A stretch of DNA of 59,496 nt from a virus (lineage: Duplodnaviria > Caudoviricetes), in the IMG/VR virus record IMGVR_UViG_3300035670_000232, positions 1 through 59,496 of that record; one strand, 5' to 3'. The position numbers and the translations under genes are program-made. The notes under the pieces were generated by a model that worked only from the letters and a program-made list of their open reading frames with translations, was not told where the DNA came from and did not search any database. Below are positions 26,515 to 35,880 of the stretch, piece after piece (the first letter of the stretch is position 1; every line of letters starts with the position of its first letter).

Positions 26515-29178
26515 TTACGCTGCGTAAGATGGACCCGCTGGCCGCATGCCGACACGAATGATTTGAGAAGAAGGCTTGGGCTTACCGACCCAGTGGGAGA
26601 TGTCAGCGTTCGGGCCAAAGAGGCCAGTCTGACGAATCGTGCTATCAAACAGCCCGCCAATCTGGCCAGCAGTCTTGTCCCCCTGCCGGAAAATATCTCC
26701 AACCAGGCCAGACACTGGCGACAGCATCCCGCCCACTTGGTCGTAGAAGTTCTGGTTCCCAAGGCTGGAGTTCCAGAGCGAGTTGAGTTGACCGTAAGCC
26801 TGGCTTGGATCAGACGACGAGCCGCCCTGAATGGAACCAGCCAGAGCGTTCAGTGCCTCTCGGTCACGGTCGAAGTTGGCCCAGTTCTGCGGGTTCAGCT
26901 GCGCGCTGTAGAACTGATTCATGCCATCATCCATGGCACTGCGTCCGCTGGACAGCATCCCATTGAGGCCGGTCAGCGTCTGACCGAGCATCGACTGCGG
27001 GACACCGGCTTGCGACTGGAATCCTCGCTCAAGCTGGCCCCGAGCCGTGGCGTCTTGGTCATTCAACTGCGAGAGCAGTGAGGAAGTCTGCAACCCGATG
27101 CGATCCATGTCGCCGCGAGTGGTGTTGCCTACATCCGCAAGGGACGAGTCAAGTCGGCTGCCGACGTTGTTCATGAGCCCGGTGGTCTGGGATTCGATGG
27201 CAGCACGCTTGGCGTCAGCGGAACTTCCAATCTGAGACACAAGCCCCCGACCAGAAGATGCAAGCTCCCCGGTCTGCCTCGCCATGCTGTCGTCAATGCC
27301 GCCGAGAAGGCCCTGGCCGATTGATCCAATGCGGTCCATCGCGCTGCCCATCTTACTGCCGATGGAGCCCATTCCGGTGGAGGCTTGATTGGCAATGGCG
27401 CCCATGCCGCTCGTCATGGAGCCGCCGATGCTGCCCATGTCTCGGTCGGCGTCAGCGGAAAGCATACCGAGAAGCCCGCGAGTGCTGCCGTCGATTGAGC
27501 CAAGAGTGCTGCCAAGGCGGCTGTCAATCGCACTAGTGCCAAGGCCAGTCTGATTGGCGATGTCGCCCATGCGGCCAGCCATCGAACTTTCAATCTGGCC
27601 AAGGTTCCCAGAGTTCATCCCGCCAAGCTGGCCGAGGGTCTGCCCGAGAGTAGCAGTGTTGTTGCCGTACCCCGAGTTCGCATGACCGGCCACACGATCC
27701 ATGGCGTTGTTCGCCATTGCGGCAAGGTCAGCGCCGTATTGGCCATAGTTGGTGCCGCCGTTGAAGTTGAAGTTGAGCCCGCCGCCACCCAGTCCCCAGC
27801 CGCTTGCAATCGGACCATTGACGCCAGTTGCATTGAATGCGCCGCTGCCGCCCATGCCGCTCAAGGCACCAGAAACCATGCCAGCACGGCCGAGATTCCC
27901 GGAGGCACCAATAGCTGCCTGTCCAAGGAGGGCGTTGGAGTCAAGGGCTCCACGGGCGATTTGGCCCACGTTCGCAAGACCAGCCTGGTTAGTAAGGCCA
28001 GCAGCCTGAAGGCCAGCCTGGGACGATCCGCCCATCGCAGAAAGCCCGGCCTGAGATGCGCCGTTCATGGCGTTGAGGCCAGCCTGCTGCGTAGCCCCCA
28101 TTGCATTCATGCCAGCGTTCGCAGCCCCGCCCATGGCGCTAAGACCGGCCTGCGATGTTCCGCTCATGCCAGCTTGGCGAGCCTGGGCTGCTGCACCCTT
28201 CGCCGTAAGACCAGCCTGGCCGAGCATGCCTGAAGCCTGGAGCCCATTGGACCCCATATTCCCCATGGCCTGGAGCCCGGCCTGCGATGTTGCCCCAAGC
28301 GAATTGGTGACGCCTTGGCCTACAATGCCTTGCGACTGAAGGCCAGCGACATTGGTGTTGCCCATCGCGTCCATCATTGCGCGTGAGGCTTCACTCATGC
28401 CCTGAAGTCCAGCCGTGTTGGTCAGCCCAGCCGACTGAAGCCCGGACTGGCCAATACCGCCCATCGCACCAAAAGCCGACGAGCCAAGCTGGCCCTTTGC
28501 CTGAAGGCCAGCGTTACTCGCAAGCCCCTGAGCATTGAGCCCCGATTGACCGAGAGAGCTTCCGGCCGCCTGGTTTGCAGCCTGCATGTCCGACAGGGCC
28601 TTCATGTAGCCAGCAGTCTGCATGGCTTGAGCCTGCTGCGCTGCACTAGAGGCGCTTCCGAAAGAGGCAAGGCCCTGCCCATACATCTGCGAAGCGCCGT
28701 GCTGACGGGCGGCCTCGGCCATGGCGTTGGCGCCGTAGAGATTGCCTCGCTCGTTTGCTTGAGCCTGAGCGAGATCGCTGTAAGCACCACCAAGCTGCGC
28801 GAGACTTGATCCTCGCATAGCATCTGAGGTCGTGCTTGAACGATAAATGTCAGCGAGCGACTGAGCAAAGCCAACGGGAGCCTGAGCAAAAGAGTTCATT
28901 GCCCCGCCCATGGCATTGGCCATCGCCCCGCCAATCTGGCCAGCCGCCTGGTACTGCCCAGCCGCGTTGCCGCCAATGGCATTGGCAAACATTCCAGGCT
29001 GCTTGTAGAGCGTATCCAGAATCCCGGCCTGTCCCTGGAGTCGCGACTGCTGGGTGGCCTGGTTGGCGTTATTGATGCCGACGAGCCCGGCCACATGCGA
29101 ACTGTAGGCGTCCATCGCTGGACCCCAAGCCGCTGGATTGCCACTAAGCCACGACGGGTAAGCTGGGATTTGAGTCAT
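26515..29178 (-). CDS. G/A/S/Q/M-rich DNA pilot/ejection protein with 11-residue repeats
   Basis: Two blocks of about 20 hendecads (e.g. SQAGLSAMGGA). Confidence 0.75.
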   Translation of the reverse strand: MTQIPAYPSWLSGNPAAWGPAMDAYSSHVAGLVGINNANQATQQSRLQGQAGILDTLYKQPGMFANAIGGNAAGQYQAAGQIGGAMANAMGGAMNSFAQAPVGFAQSLADIYRSSTTSDAMRGSSLAQLGGAYSDLAQAQANERGNLYGANAMAEAARQHGASQMYGQGLASFGSASSAAQQAQAMQTAGYMKALSDMQAANQAAGSSLGQSGLNAQGLASNAGLQAKGQLGSSAFGAMGGIGQSGLQSAGLTNTAGLQGMSEASRAMMDAMGNTNVAGLQSQGIVGQGVTNSLGATSQAGLQAMGNMGSNGLQASGMLGQAGLTAKGAAAQARQAGMSGTSQAGLSAMGGAANAGMNAMGATQQAGLNAMNGASQAGLSAMGGSSQAGLQAAGLTNQAGLANVGQIARGALDSNALLGQAAIGASGNLGRAGMVSGALSGMGGSGAFNATGVNGPIASGWGLGGGGLNFNFNGGTNYGQYGADLAAMANNAMDRVAGHANSGYGNNTATLGQTLGQLGGMNSGNLGQIESSMAGRMGDIANQTGLGTSAIDSRLGSTLGSIDGSTRGLLGMLSADADRDMGSIGGSMTSGMGAIANQASTGMGSIGSKMGSAMDRIGSIGQGLLGGIDDSMARQTGELASSGRGLVSQIGSSADAKRAAIESQTTGLMNNVGSRLDSSLADVGNTTRGDMDRIGLQTSSLLSQLNDQDATARGQLERGFQSQAGVPQSMLGQTLTGLNGMLSSGRSAMDDGMNQFYSAQLNPQNWANFDRDREALNALAGSIQGGSSSDPSQAYGQLNSLWNSSLGNQNFYDQVGGMLSPVSGLVGDIFRQGDKTAGQIGGLFDSTIRQTGLFGPNADISHWVGKPKPSSQIIRVGMRPAGPSYAA

Positions 29179-29195
29179 GCAATGCTCCTACAGGA

Positions 29196-29204
29196 CTATT
29201 GTCC
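29196..29204 (-). promoter_or_regulatory. Putative phage late promoter, GGACAAT class
   Basis: GGACAATAG-N4-GTAG. Confidence 0.75.
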
Positions 29205-29235
29205 CAAACTGGGCCTGGTGGAAACTGGCGAATTT

Positions 29236-30426
29236 TCAGGCCGTTGCTGGCAAATCCGGGACAATGGCCGCCATGTTGTGGACAATCTTCTCGGTCGTGG
29301 TGGTCAAGGCGCATGTGTTCGGGTCAAACGTAGCGCTCGTCACAACATCCGGCGTGAGCTTCAGATTCTTGAGGGCCAGAGAAAGCCTCCTAAGCCCCTG
29401 GTACGCCAGCCCTGCCACCCGCCTGGCCACAGGGTCCATGCCGCCTTGATTTCCGGGGTTGTTGTTAAAAACGCGATTGTCGATGTGCTGGTTGATGACA
29501 GGGCCAAAGTTTGCAGGAAACCAGAAGATTCCACCCGGAGGCCCCTGGGCTCCCGGAATGCCATTCTCGCCATCCTTGCCAGCGGCCCCAGGAGAGCCAT
29601 CAAGCCCTCGGCTTCCCTGGCGACCGGAAGGTCCATTAATGATCGTGTCACCGTTGAACACACGGGCGTCAATGTTGCTCGTGTGCATGTGGTTCGTGTA
29701 GGTGTCGCCAGCAAACAGATTCGTCGTGCTGGTGTTGCCTTCAATGTTGAAGGTATTCCCGGCGTAGTGATTGTTGGCGAAATACTGGTTGAGGTTCTGC
29801 GTCAACTCAGTCCGCATATCGAAGTTCGGCCCGCCGTAGTAGGTGCTGTTCCAGTCGCCGCCACGAAAACCGCCGCCACCAGGCATGTCAATGAACGTGT
29901 CATTGTCGTAGTTCTGAGGGAACAGGTAGTGATTGAACGTCGGGTTCCAGCCTGGTCCGCCGTTGCCATGCGGTGAAGTGAATTCTGGACTCTGCCCATT
30001 TGTCCACGGCGTGTATCCTCCACCCCATGAATCGCCAGGATTGGGATTGGCTGGTATCGGCGGCAGATTGATCGTCGGCCCGCCAGAGATGTAGTCGCCG
30101 TTGTTGTAGATGCTATCGCCAGTGAATGGGCCGATGTTGTTGGTGATGCTTGGCCCAGGACCGTAAGACGGCGGTGGTGTCGAATTGAACGGAAGCCCGC
30201 CAGGCCCGCTGCCGTCTCCGTATCCATCACTCCCCTGATAGCGACCGCCGCCAGGAATAGACTCAGGTGACAGGCCGGACATCCTGCTTGGCGCAACCGT
30301 CATTGGGCCACGATGCTCAAGGGCCTGCCCGCACTGACCAACCGTTGAGAGGAGTGCTGAAATCTGGTTTTGGTTTAGGATGCCCTGGAGTGACCTGCCA
30401 ATCCCTGGGGCGGCGCGTGTAAGCAT
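29236..30426 (-). CDS. Collagen-repeat virion protein (tail needle/fibre-like)
   Basis: 11 Gly-X-Y triplets GPSGRQ...GPPG; G/N/P-rich. Confidence 0.7.
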   Translation of the reverse strand: MLTRAAPGIGRSLQGILNQNQISALLSTVGQCGQALEHRGPMTVAPSRMSGLSPESIPGGGRYQGSDGYGDGSGPGGLPFNSTPPPSYGPGPSITNNIGPFTGDSIYNNGDYISGGPTINLPPIPANPNPGDSWGGGYTPWTNGQSPEFTSPHGNGGPGWNPTFNHYLFPQNYDNDTFIDMPGGGGFRGGDWNSTYYGGPNFDMRTELTQNLNQYFANNHYAGNTFNIEGNTSTTNLFAGDTYTNHMHTSNIDARVFNGDTIINGPSGRQGSRGLDGSPGAAGKDGENGIPGAQGPPGGIFWFPANFGPVINQHIDNRVFNNNPGNQGGMDPVARRVAGLAYQGLRRLSLALKNLKLTPDVVTSATFDPNTCALTTTTEKIVHNMAAIVPDLPATA

Positions 30427-32885
30427 TAGGCAACTCCCTCAACGGTGAGTGCGTGAATTTTCGCCTGTGCCGCCTGCGTGCCAGAGAAGGCAATGGCCAC
30501 ATGCCTATCGGCCCCCACCGAGCGGTCGTCGGCCCGGCCCGAGATGTAGAGTGTTGCCTTGCCGTTCGCGTCACCAAGAGAGCTTCGGGTTGCCGCCATG
30601 TCCAGGGTAGCCGCCGTGGAGTTCATGGCAGTCACAAAGCCACCACCGCGATTTGACGCCACGGCGTTGGCGCGGGCGGTCGGCGAGTTGTTGTAGTGCA
30701 ACCCAACACTGATTGGGCAGGACGCGGTTGTTGGCGTGTACAGGATCGAAACGCAGCGAGAAATCGGATCAATTGCAGACGGCGGCTGGCCAGGAGGACC
30801 GGCCTTGCTGTTCACGAGAGTCAAGGGAGGAGTCCGGTATTGGTACGCAACAGCCGTGGTTCCTGCTGACGTAGCATCAACGAGCCCCGACTGCTTCAGG
30901 AAACCGCCAGCCGCATTCCCGTAGATCACATCCTGCCGCCCGTTAATCGCAGATACCACGCCGCACGGCATCTCCTGGGCATACTCCTCTTCCCACCACG
31001 CCTTCGTCACGAGCGAGAAGCACAAGGCTCGCTTGGGGTACGTCCCATCCCCGGACTTGCAGAAATAGAACCGGACCACGCGGTCTTGCGGATTGACCTG
31101 GACGTAGAAGTTCGCACTCTTGGAGAAGTCGATGATCCCGTCTCGCCAGTAGTTATCCACTGCCTGCGAGATCGACTCTTCCTGAGAGCCGTCAAATGCA
31201 TACATGCCATAGTCGTCGGCGATGAACACGCCGCCAGCAAACATATCCCAGCATCTGGAGTTAATGATTCCGCGATACGCCACAAGCTGAATGGACGCAT
31301 CAAAGACAGGCTGGGCAACGTAGGTCAGCCGGTAAGTGTGCCTCCGCTGTGGGATCAAGAGCATCGATCCAAACGGAATCAAGGCGACGATGGCATCGCT
31401 GTCGGCGACGTTCTCTTGGATAATGAGTTCGTTGGATTCGTGAACACTCTCGGGCTCGTCAATCTCAGAGAAGTAGAGCGAGTTTGGCTTCGTGCCGTCC
31501 GTGTTGGCAGAGTACCACGCACGATCCTGAAACATGCAGCCGACAGCCATGTTCGTCGGCGGGACGCCAAACCGGCGAGCGTTGATTTGTCCAGATGGAA
31601 GGACGATTGGCAAGAATCCGTACTTGCTCTCGTGGCCACCGAGCGTGGTGTTGCGGGATGGCTCCAGTAATTCGCGATCTGAAAGCGTGTCCACAAAAGC
31701 AGTCGTCGGAAGGACGCCAGCAACAGCATCGATTCTGGCCACGCGATACAACGCAACAGCCTGGTCTGCCGTGGTGCGCCAAAGCTCAAACGCAACAGCC
31801 CTAGCGTCGGCGCCAGTGTGGTCGAATGTCCAGGTGATCGAAGTCTTGCCGTTGTCGCCGCAGTCCACTTCTTTCAGGTCGCTAATAGACGAAGGGATCG
31901 GCCCGCCCTGAGCAACCGAAGTGTCGTCAATGTACCGAATGGCGCAGCGATACTTGCCCTTGAGGTTGGCCTGAGTGGAAGCAACCGCAATCGCCGGGCT
32001 ATTTACGATTCGGCCAGTGGGAGGAAACTTGTATTCACCACCAGCCAAGACAGTTGCACTCGTCAAGTTTCCTGCCGTACTTGCTTCTGCCCGGACAAGC
32101 GCACCGCCAGAGCCAAAGTCCGCAGCGTTCGGAACAATGGTCACGATTGGCGAGGCGAAGTAGTTCTGCCCAGAGTGAGCGATGGACACCGAATCAACAC
32201 GATACGACATGATCGGCAAGAGCGAGCCTTGCGTCGTCGCGCCGCCACCAGTCAGCGACACAGTGACATTCGACGTTGCCCCTGTGCCGCCGTACAGCAA
32301 ATCGACGCCAGTGAGCTTGCCGGTATCAAGATCAACAATCGGGACGGCATTTAGGCCAGTCAGCCCATAAGAACCTCCGACCACAATGGACGGGGTGCCG
32401 GTGTAACCAGTGCCAGAGTTGACGACCACGAGCCTGGCAACCTGGCCAATTGAGTTGACCGTAAATGCGGCGCTCGTTCCCTGCCCTCCAGAAAACTGAA
32501 TCGTGGGGTTCGCAACGTACCCAACGCCGCCATTTGTCAGCCGAATGCCAGCAACCTGGCCGTTCTGAATAATGGCAACACCAGCAGCCTGCGTCGTCGC
32601 GCCGCCACCAGTAAACGTCACGGTCGGGGGCGCAAAGTACCCAGCCCCGCCGTCAAGAATCTGCACGGCTGCAACAAAGCCTTGGGAGGCTGTGCTTGCT
32701 GTTGGAGCGGTAAGTTGCTGGGGCTTAGCCATGCCGAGCGCATCAACATAGGTCTTTGCCCCATCCCAGCGAAAGCCGCGACCGTAGCCATTGACGCCAT
32801 AGAGAGCATTGAACCGACCCTTGAACATGGAGATCGGTGCGGTCCCGCCCAGGATTGTGACGCCAGTTCCGGCAGAGAGTTGCAT
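30426..32885 (-). CDS. Podovirus tail hub/nozzle-like protein with GxGY..P.V beta-repeat insertion
   Basis: LYFSEIDEPES, propeller-like C-terminal half; several GG.GY..PTV repeats; position after the adaptor. Confidence 0.65.
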   Translation of the reverse strand: MQLSAGTGVTILGGTAPISMFKGRFNALYGVNGYGRGFRWDGAKTYVDALGMAKPQQLTAPTASTASQGFVAAVQILDGGAGYFAPPTVTFTGGGATTQAAGVAIIQNGQVAGIRLTNGGVGYVANPTIQFSGGQGTSAAFTVNSIGQVARLVVVNSGTGYTGTPSIVVGGSYGLTGLNAVPIVDLDTGKLTGVDLLYGGTGATSNVTVSLTGGGATTQGSLLPIMSYRVDSVSIAHSGQNYFASPIVTIVPNAADFGSGGALVRAEASTAGNLTSATVLAGGEYKFPPTGRIVNSPAIAVASTQANLKGKYRCAIRYIDDTSVAQGGPIPSSISDLKEVDCGDNGKTSITWTFDHTGADARAVAFELWRTTADQAVALYRVARIDAVAGVLPTTAFVDTLSDRELLEPSRNTTLGGHESKYGFLPIVLPSGQINARRFGVPPTNMAVGCMFQDRAWYSANTDGTKPNSLYFSEIDEPESVHESNELIIQENVADSDAIVALIPFGSMLLIPQRRHTYRLTYVAQPVFDASIQLVAYRGIINSRCWDMFAGGVFIADDYGMYAFDGSQEESISQAVDNYWRDGIIDFSKSANFYVQVNPQDRVVRFYFCKSGDGTYPKRALCFSLVTKAWWEEEYAQEMPCGVVSAINGRQDVIYGNAAGGFLKQSGLVDATSAGTTAVAYQYRTPPLTLVNSKAGPPGQPPSAIDPISRCVSILYTPTTASCPISVGLHYNNSPTARANAVASNRGGGFVTAMNSTAATLDMAATRSSLGDANGKATLYISGRADDRSVGADRHVAIAFSGTQAAQAKIHALTVEGVA

Positions 32886-33154
32886 TACGATGGCCCTTTA
32901 GCAACAAACAACTGCCCAAGAGCGTTGTGGTAGACGATGTTCGGGGCAGTCCCGTTTTGGTAGTGTACGGCACGAATCACTGGGCTCGTGGTTCCGGTGT
33001 GGGTGGCGAAAGAAACACTCGTAAGCCCCTGCCTTGTGCGAAGCTCGCCAGGGATTAGACACTGAAGATTGACCTGGGTAACAGCAGCAGAAGGCGGAAC
33101 CGAGTAGGGAGAAGCGTTTGTAATCAGGCCATCCCATTTGCCTATGACGATCAT
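32885..33154 (-). CDS. Small protein resembling the N-terminus of tail hub proteins
   Basis: W.GL.....P..P..A....N.....GEL..R.G. Confidence 0.6.
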   Translation of the reverse strand: MIVIGKWDGLITNASPYSVPPSAAVTQVNLQCLIPGELRTRQGLTSVSFATHTGTTSPVIRAVHYQNGTAPNIVYHNALGQLFVAKGPS

Positions 33155-34278
33155 TACACACCCCTATCTGATTCAAGGGGGATCGTCCATCCGCCGTCAG
33201 CCCAGAGGTAGCGAGCCCGGCCCGACAGTGGGGCGAGTTGCTCCTGCTCAAACGCCAGCCGCATGTCACGCTGGTAGAGCGAATACGCCTCCTCGGTCTT
33301 GCCGCCACGAATCCTAGCAAGCCAATACTCAGAGGCGCTACGCACAACCTGGTGCATGTGTGGCGCAACGTCAATCGGATCAGTGACGAGGTAGTATGTG
33401 CCAGACGCAATGGTCCCGGACGGCGCAGTGATCGCTGTCGTGGAATCGCGATCCGTAATAAGCGACTCAGAAACCCATGGGTTCAGGGACTCCATTGGCC
33501 CCGGAACGGCAGACGTATCGCCAACACGAAGAATCGACCCAACCATCGCGTCCGTGAATAGAGTACTGGTTCCAGTAACCGCACTGCCGGTACGGGCAAT
33601 CGTTCCCGTGCGAGCCACTGCTTCGTGGCCTGAGTACCGCAAGGTTCGCGGAGTGCGGCGATAGGTGAAGTCCAGAGTCTGCACTGTGGACGGGTAGCCA
33701 TAGACCTTGATCGCCCAGCCATTGGAGTCCGGGTCTTTGATGATCGTCCAGTGAAATGGATCGCCAGAGGTCGGCGAGATGCGATCCAGCTTCATGGCTT
33801 CATCTGGCGAGATGTAGCAGCCCATACTAGAGTTGTTCTCGTCGCTCGGAACATCTAGGTTGCGGAAGTCTGAAGGCAATGCGTAGACGCTGCGGTACAG
33901 CGTGTACGACTCGTCAGTCACATCGGCCTTGAGCGTCAGCACGGAGTCCAGGACAATCACCGAGCCGGATGTGCGAGATGCAACGCGGCAGATTTCATCG
34001 TTGACTTTGAGGTACGCACCAGTCGCAGCCCACGAAGGCCAGGTTCCGCCCGTGAGCGTGACCGTCACCCCAGACGAAGTGATGGTTCCCGTGGAATACG
34101 GAGCCGATGTGATGATTCGGCAATGCGTGCTAAACCACCACCAGTCTCGCAGCGTGCAGACTTCCTGGTAGCCGCGAAGAACGGCCTGGCGAACATCTCT
34201 TTGCTCGGCGTCTTGCGCTCCACCAAAGGAGGCAATGACCAGATTCTCTACGGCGTCAAAAAAGGTGAAGTACGGCAT
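33154..34278 (-). CDS. Head-tail adaptor / tail tubular protein A-like
   Basis: WWWF, YALPSDF, YP motifs with beta inserts; position. Confidence 0.7.
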   Translation of the reverse strand: MPYFTFFDAVENLVIASFGGAQDAEQRDVRQAVLRGYQEVCTLRDWWWFSTHCRIITSAPYSTGTITSSGVTVTLTGGTWPSWAATGAYLKVNDEICRVASRTSGSVIVLDSVLTLKADVTDESYTLYRSVYALPSDFRNLDVPSDENNSSMGCYISPDEAMKLDRISPTSGDPFHWTIIKDPDSNGWAIKVYGYPSTVQTLDFTYRRTPRTLRYSGHEAVARTGTIARTGSAVTGTSTLFTDAMVGSILRVGDTSAVPGPMESLNPWVSESLITDRDSTTAITAPSGTIASGTYYLVTDPIDVAPHMHQVVRSASEYWLARIRGGKTEEAYSLYQRDMRLAFEQEQLAPLSGRARYLWADGGWTIPLESDRGV

Positions 34279-34284
34279 ACTAGG

Positions 34285-34293
34285 CTATTGTCC
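34285..34293 (-). promoter_or_regulatory. Putative late promoter, leaderless start
   Basis: GGACAATAG-6nt-ATG(34278). Confidence 0.75.
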
Positions 34294-34392
34294 CGTAGCC
34301 ACAAATCATACCAGCAATAACGCGATTTACGCGGCTTTTCGCCTACGCCGTAGGCGAGACAACGACGACCGCATCGACCGCAGCGATGGCGG

Positions 34393-34563
34393 TCACAGCT
34401 CGCCTTGCGGCAACGCCGCACTGGTCGCTGGCAACAGGTCGGCAGGCACTGCCGCCAGCACCCGCTGGGCAAGGTGCGTGACGTACTCGCACGGATCGCC
34501 GTGGGTGGCAAGCGGGTAGCACTCCGCCGCAATCCGCCTCAGTGCCTGTTCGTGTTCGCTCAC
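34393..34563 (-). CDS. Small hypothetical protein
   Basis: GGAGG SD; GTGA overlap. Confidence 0.45.
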   Translation of the reverse strand: MSEHEQALRRIAAECYPLATHGDPCEYVTHLAQRVLAAVPADLLPATSAALPQGEL

Positions 34564-34871
34564 GGCGTCACCTCCACCGGGATCATCGCCACGGCGTCGG
34601 CCCATGGCATCACCTCGGTGCCAGCCGCGATCGCCTGCAAGTCCGATGCGGCCCACATGGCGTGGAGCAAGCCGCCGGGATGCACCTCGCTGAGAACGTC
34701 AGCACTGAGCATGTAGCGGCCATCCGTGAGCGTGACCGGCATCGGCACGCAGTTTGTGTTGCCGTGCTGCTGCCACTTGGCGGCGAGGGCTCCGGCAAGC
34801 GAGGCGTCGAACACCAGGGCATACTGGCGTAGCGTAGCGAGGTCGGCGGATAGAAGTTGAGGGAGTGTCAT
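34560..34871 (-). CDS. Hypothetical tail-associated protein
   Basis: ATGA overlap; P..LTDGR..L.AD.L.E motif. Confidence 0.7.
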   Translation of the reverse strand: MTLPQLLSADLATLRQYALVFDASLAGALAAKWQQHGNTNCVPMPVTLTDGRYMLSADVLSEVHPGGLLHAMWAASDLQAIAAGTEVMPWADAVAMIPVEVTP

Positions 34872-35713
34872 GAGCCAGCCCTACCGATAGATGTCAGGAA
34901 CGGCCTTATGATTGCCTGGTAAGTGTTCACCTGCGCCGCAGTAAGGCCGACGCCGATGGAATATGATGAAAGCCTTGAGGTGGTTGCAGTCAATGCCCCT
35001 GCGGCTGTTCTTGCGGAAAACACGGCAATTTCTCTAGTGGACGCTGGGTCGCTTACCGTCGTGGCGTTGGCTGTCGCTGATGCGTTCGCGTAAAAAGTCG
35101 CCGTGGTTCCCACAACCGAAAGTGCCAATAAGTCACCTGCGGCAGAGGCGTAGTTGGTAACAGCTCCAGTGTTGCGAAGGGCAGCAGCATCGGCCGCAAG
35201 GCCGTAGAACGTCCCCGCCGGGCTGCTACCGGTAATACTGAAAATATCGAAGAAATTAGACGGGTCTGGCTCAATGCCGATAACGCGCCTGAACACATCT
35301 GCCGAATTCTGCTGAACCGTCACAGACAGATGCCTCTTTGCGACGAAGTTGGCCGCCAGTCCTGTGCCGAGCCATTTTGTAGCGCCGCCGCCGAGTGCCG
35401 TTGCTTCGGTGTAATCACCGCTCACAAACGGACCGTTGTTTGTGTCCGTTGCATTCCCAAACGTCGCCCCGCCAAACACCGGCCCCCTATAAAGCGGCAC
35501 CAATGCCGCAGTGAGCCCCGAGCCAGCAAATAGGTTAAGCCGGTAGAAGCGATCCCGAATCCCTGCCGCATCAATGCTCCGGCAGAACCGCGAAACCGCA
35601 TTCATTGTCGCGCCGCTCACCGTCCCGCCATTCGCAATGACAGCCGCACGCCAAGCCACCGCCTCCGGGTGGAGCGTCTGGCGAGGCACCAGCAAGCGGT
35701 TGTTCATCGGCAT
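34868..35713 (-). CDS. Putative receptor-binding protein, LamG/ConA-like C-terminus
   Basis: ANGGTVS N-terminus; FYAN..EIAVF..GLTAAQV beta-sandwich pattern. Confidence 0.6.
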   Translation of the reverse strand: MPMNNRLLVPRQTLHPEAVAWRAAVIANGGTVSGATMNAVSRFCRSIDAAGIRDRFYRLNLFAGSGLTAALVPLYRGPVFGGATFGNATDTNNGPFVSGDYTEATALGGGATKWLGTGLAANFVAKRHLSVTVQQNSADVFRRVIGIEPDPSNFFDIFSITGSSPAGTFYGLAADAAALRNTGAVTNYASAAGDLLALSVVGTTATFYANASATANATTVSDPASTREIAVFSARTAAGALTATTSRLSSYSIGVGLTAAQVNTYQAIIRPFLTSIGRAGS

Positions 35714-35880
35714 GATGGCGACTCCTTGAAATGCCGATGCGAGGCCTCTGCTGTCTCCAGATACTCACCGCAGTTGTGGCAGCGGTCGCAGAAGGTGGGT
35801 TGCTCAATACACCCAGCCACCAGCACGGCGACACCGGCTGCGAAGAGCAGGCAGCAGAGAGTGTCGGTGATGGGGGTCAT
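35704..35880 (-). CDS. Small lipoprotein-like protein with CxxCH (58 aa)
   Basis: Hand-translated MTPITDTLCCLLFAAGVAVLVAG-CIEQPTFCDRCHNC...; ATGA overlap. Confidence 0.5.
   Translation of the reverse strand: MTPITDTLCCLLFAAGVAVLVAGCIEQPTFCDRCHNCGEYLETAEASHRHFKESPSCR

Noticed and set aside
34315-34395. Further attC site among hairpins upstream of the adaptor gene
   Set aside because: Has a TAAC and stems but no matching L boxes or GTTRRRY at the proper spacing
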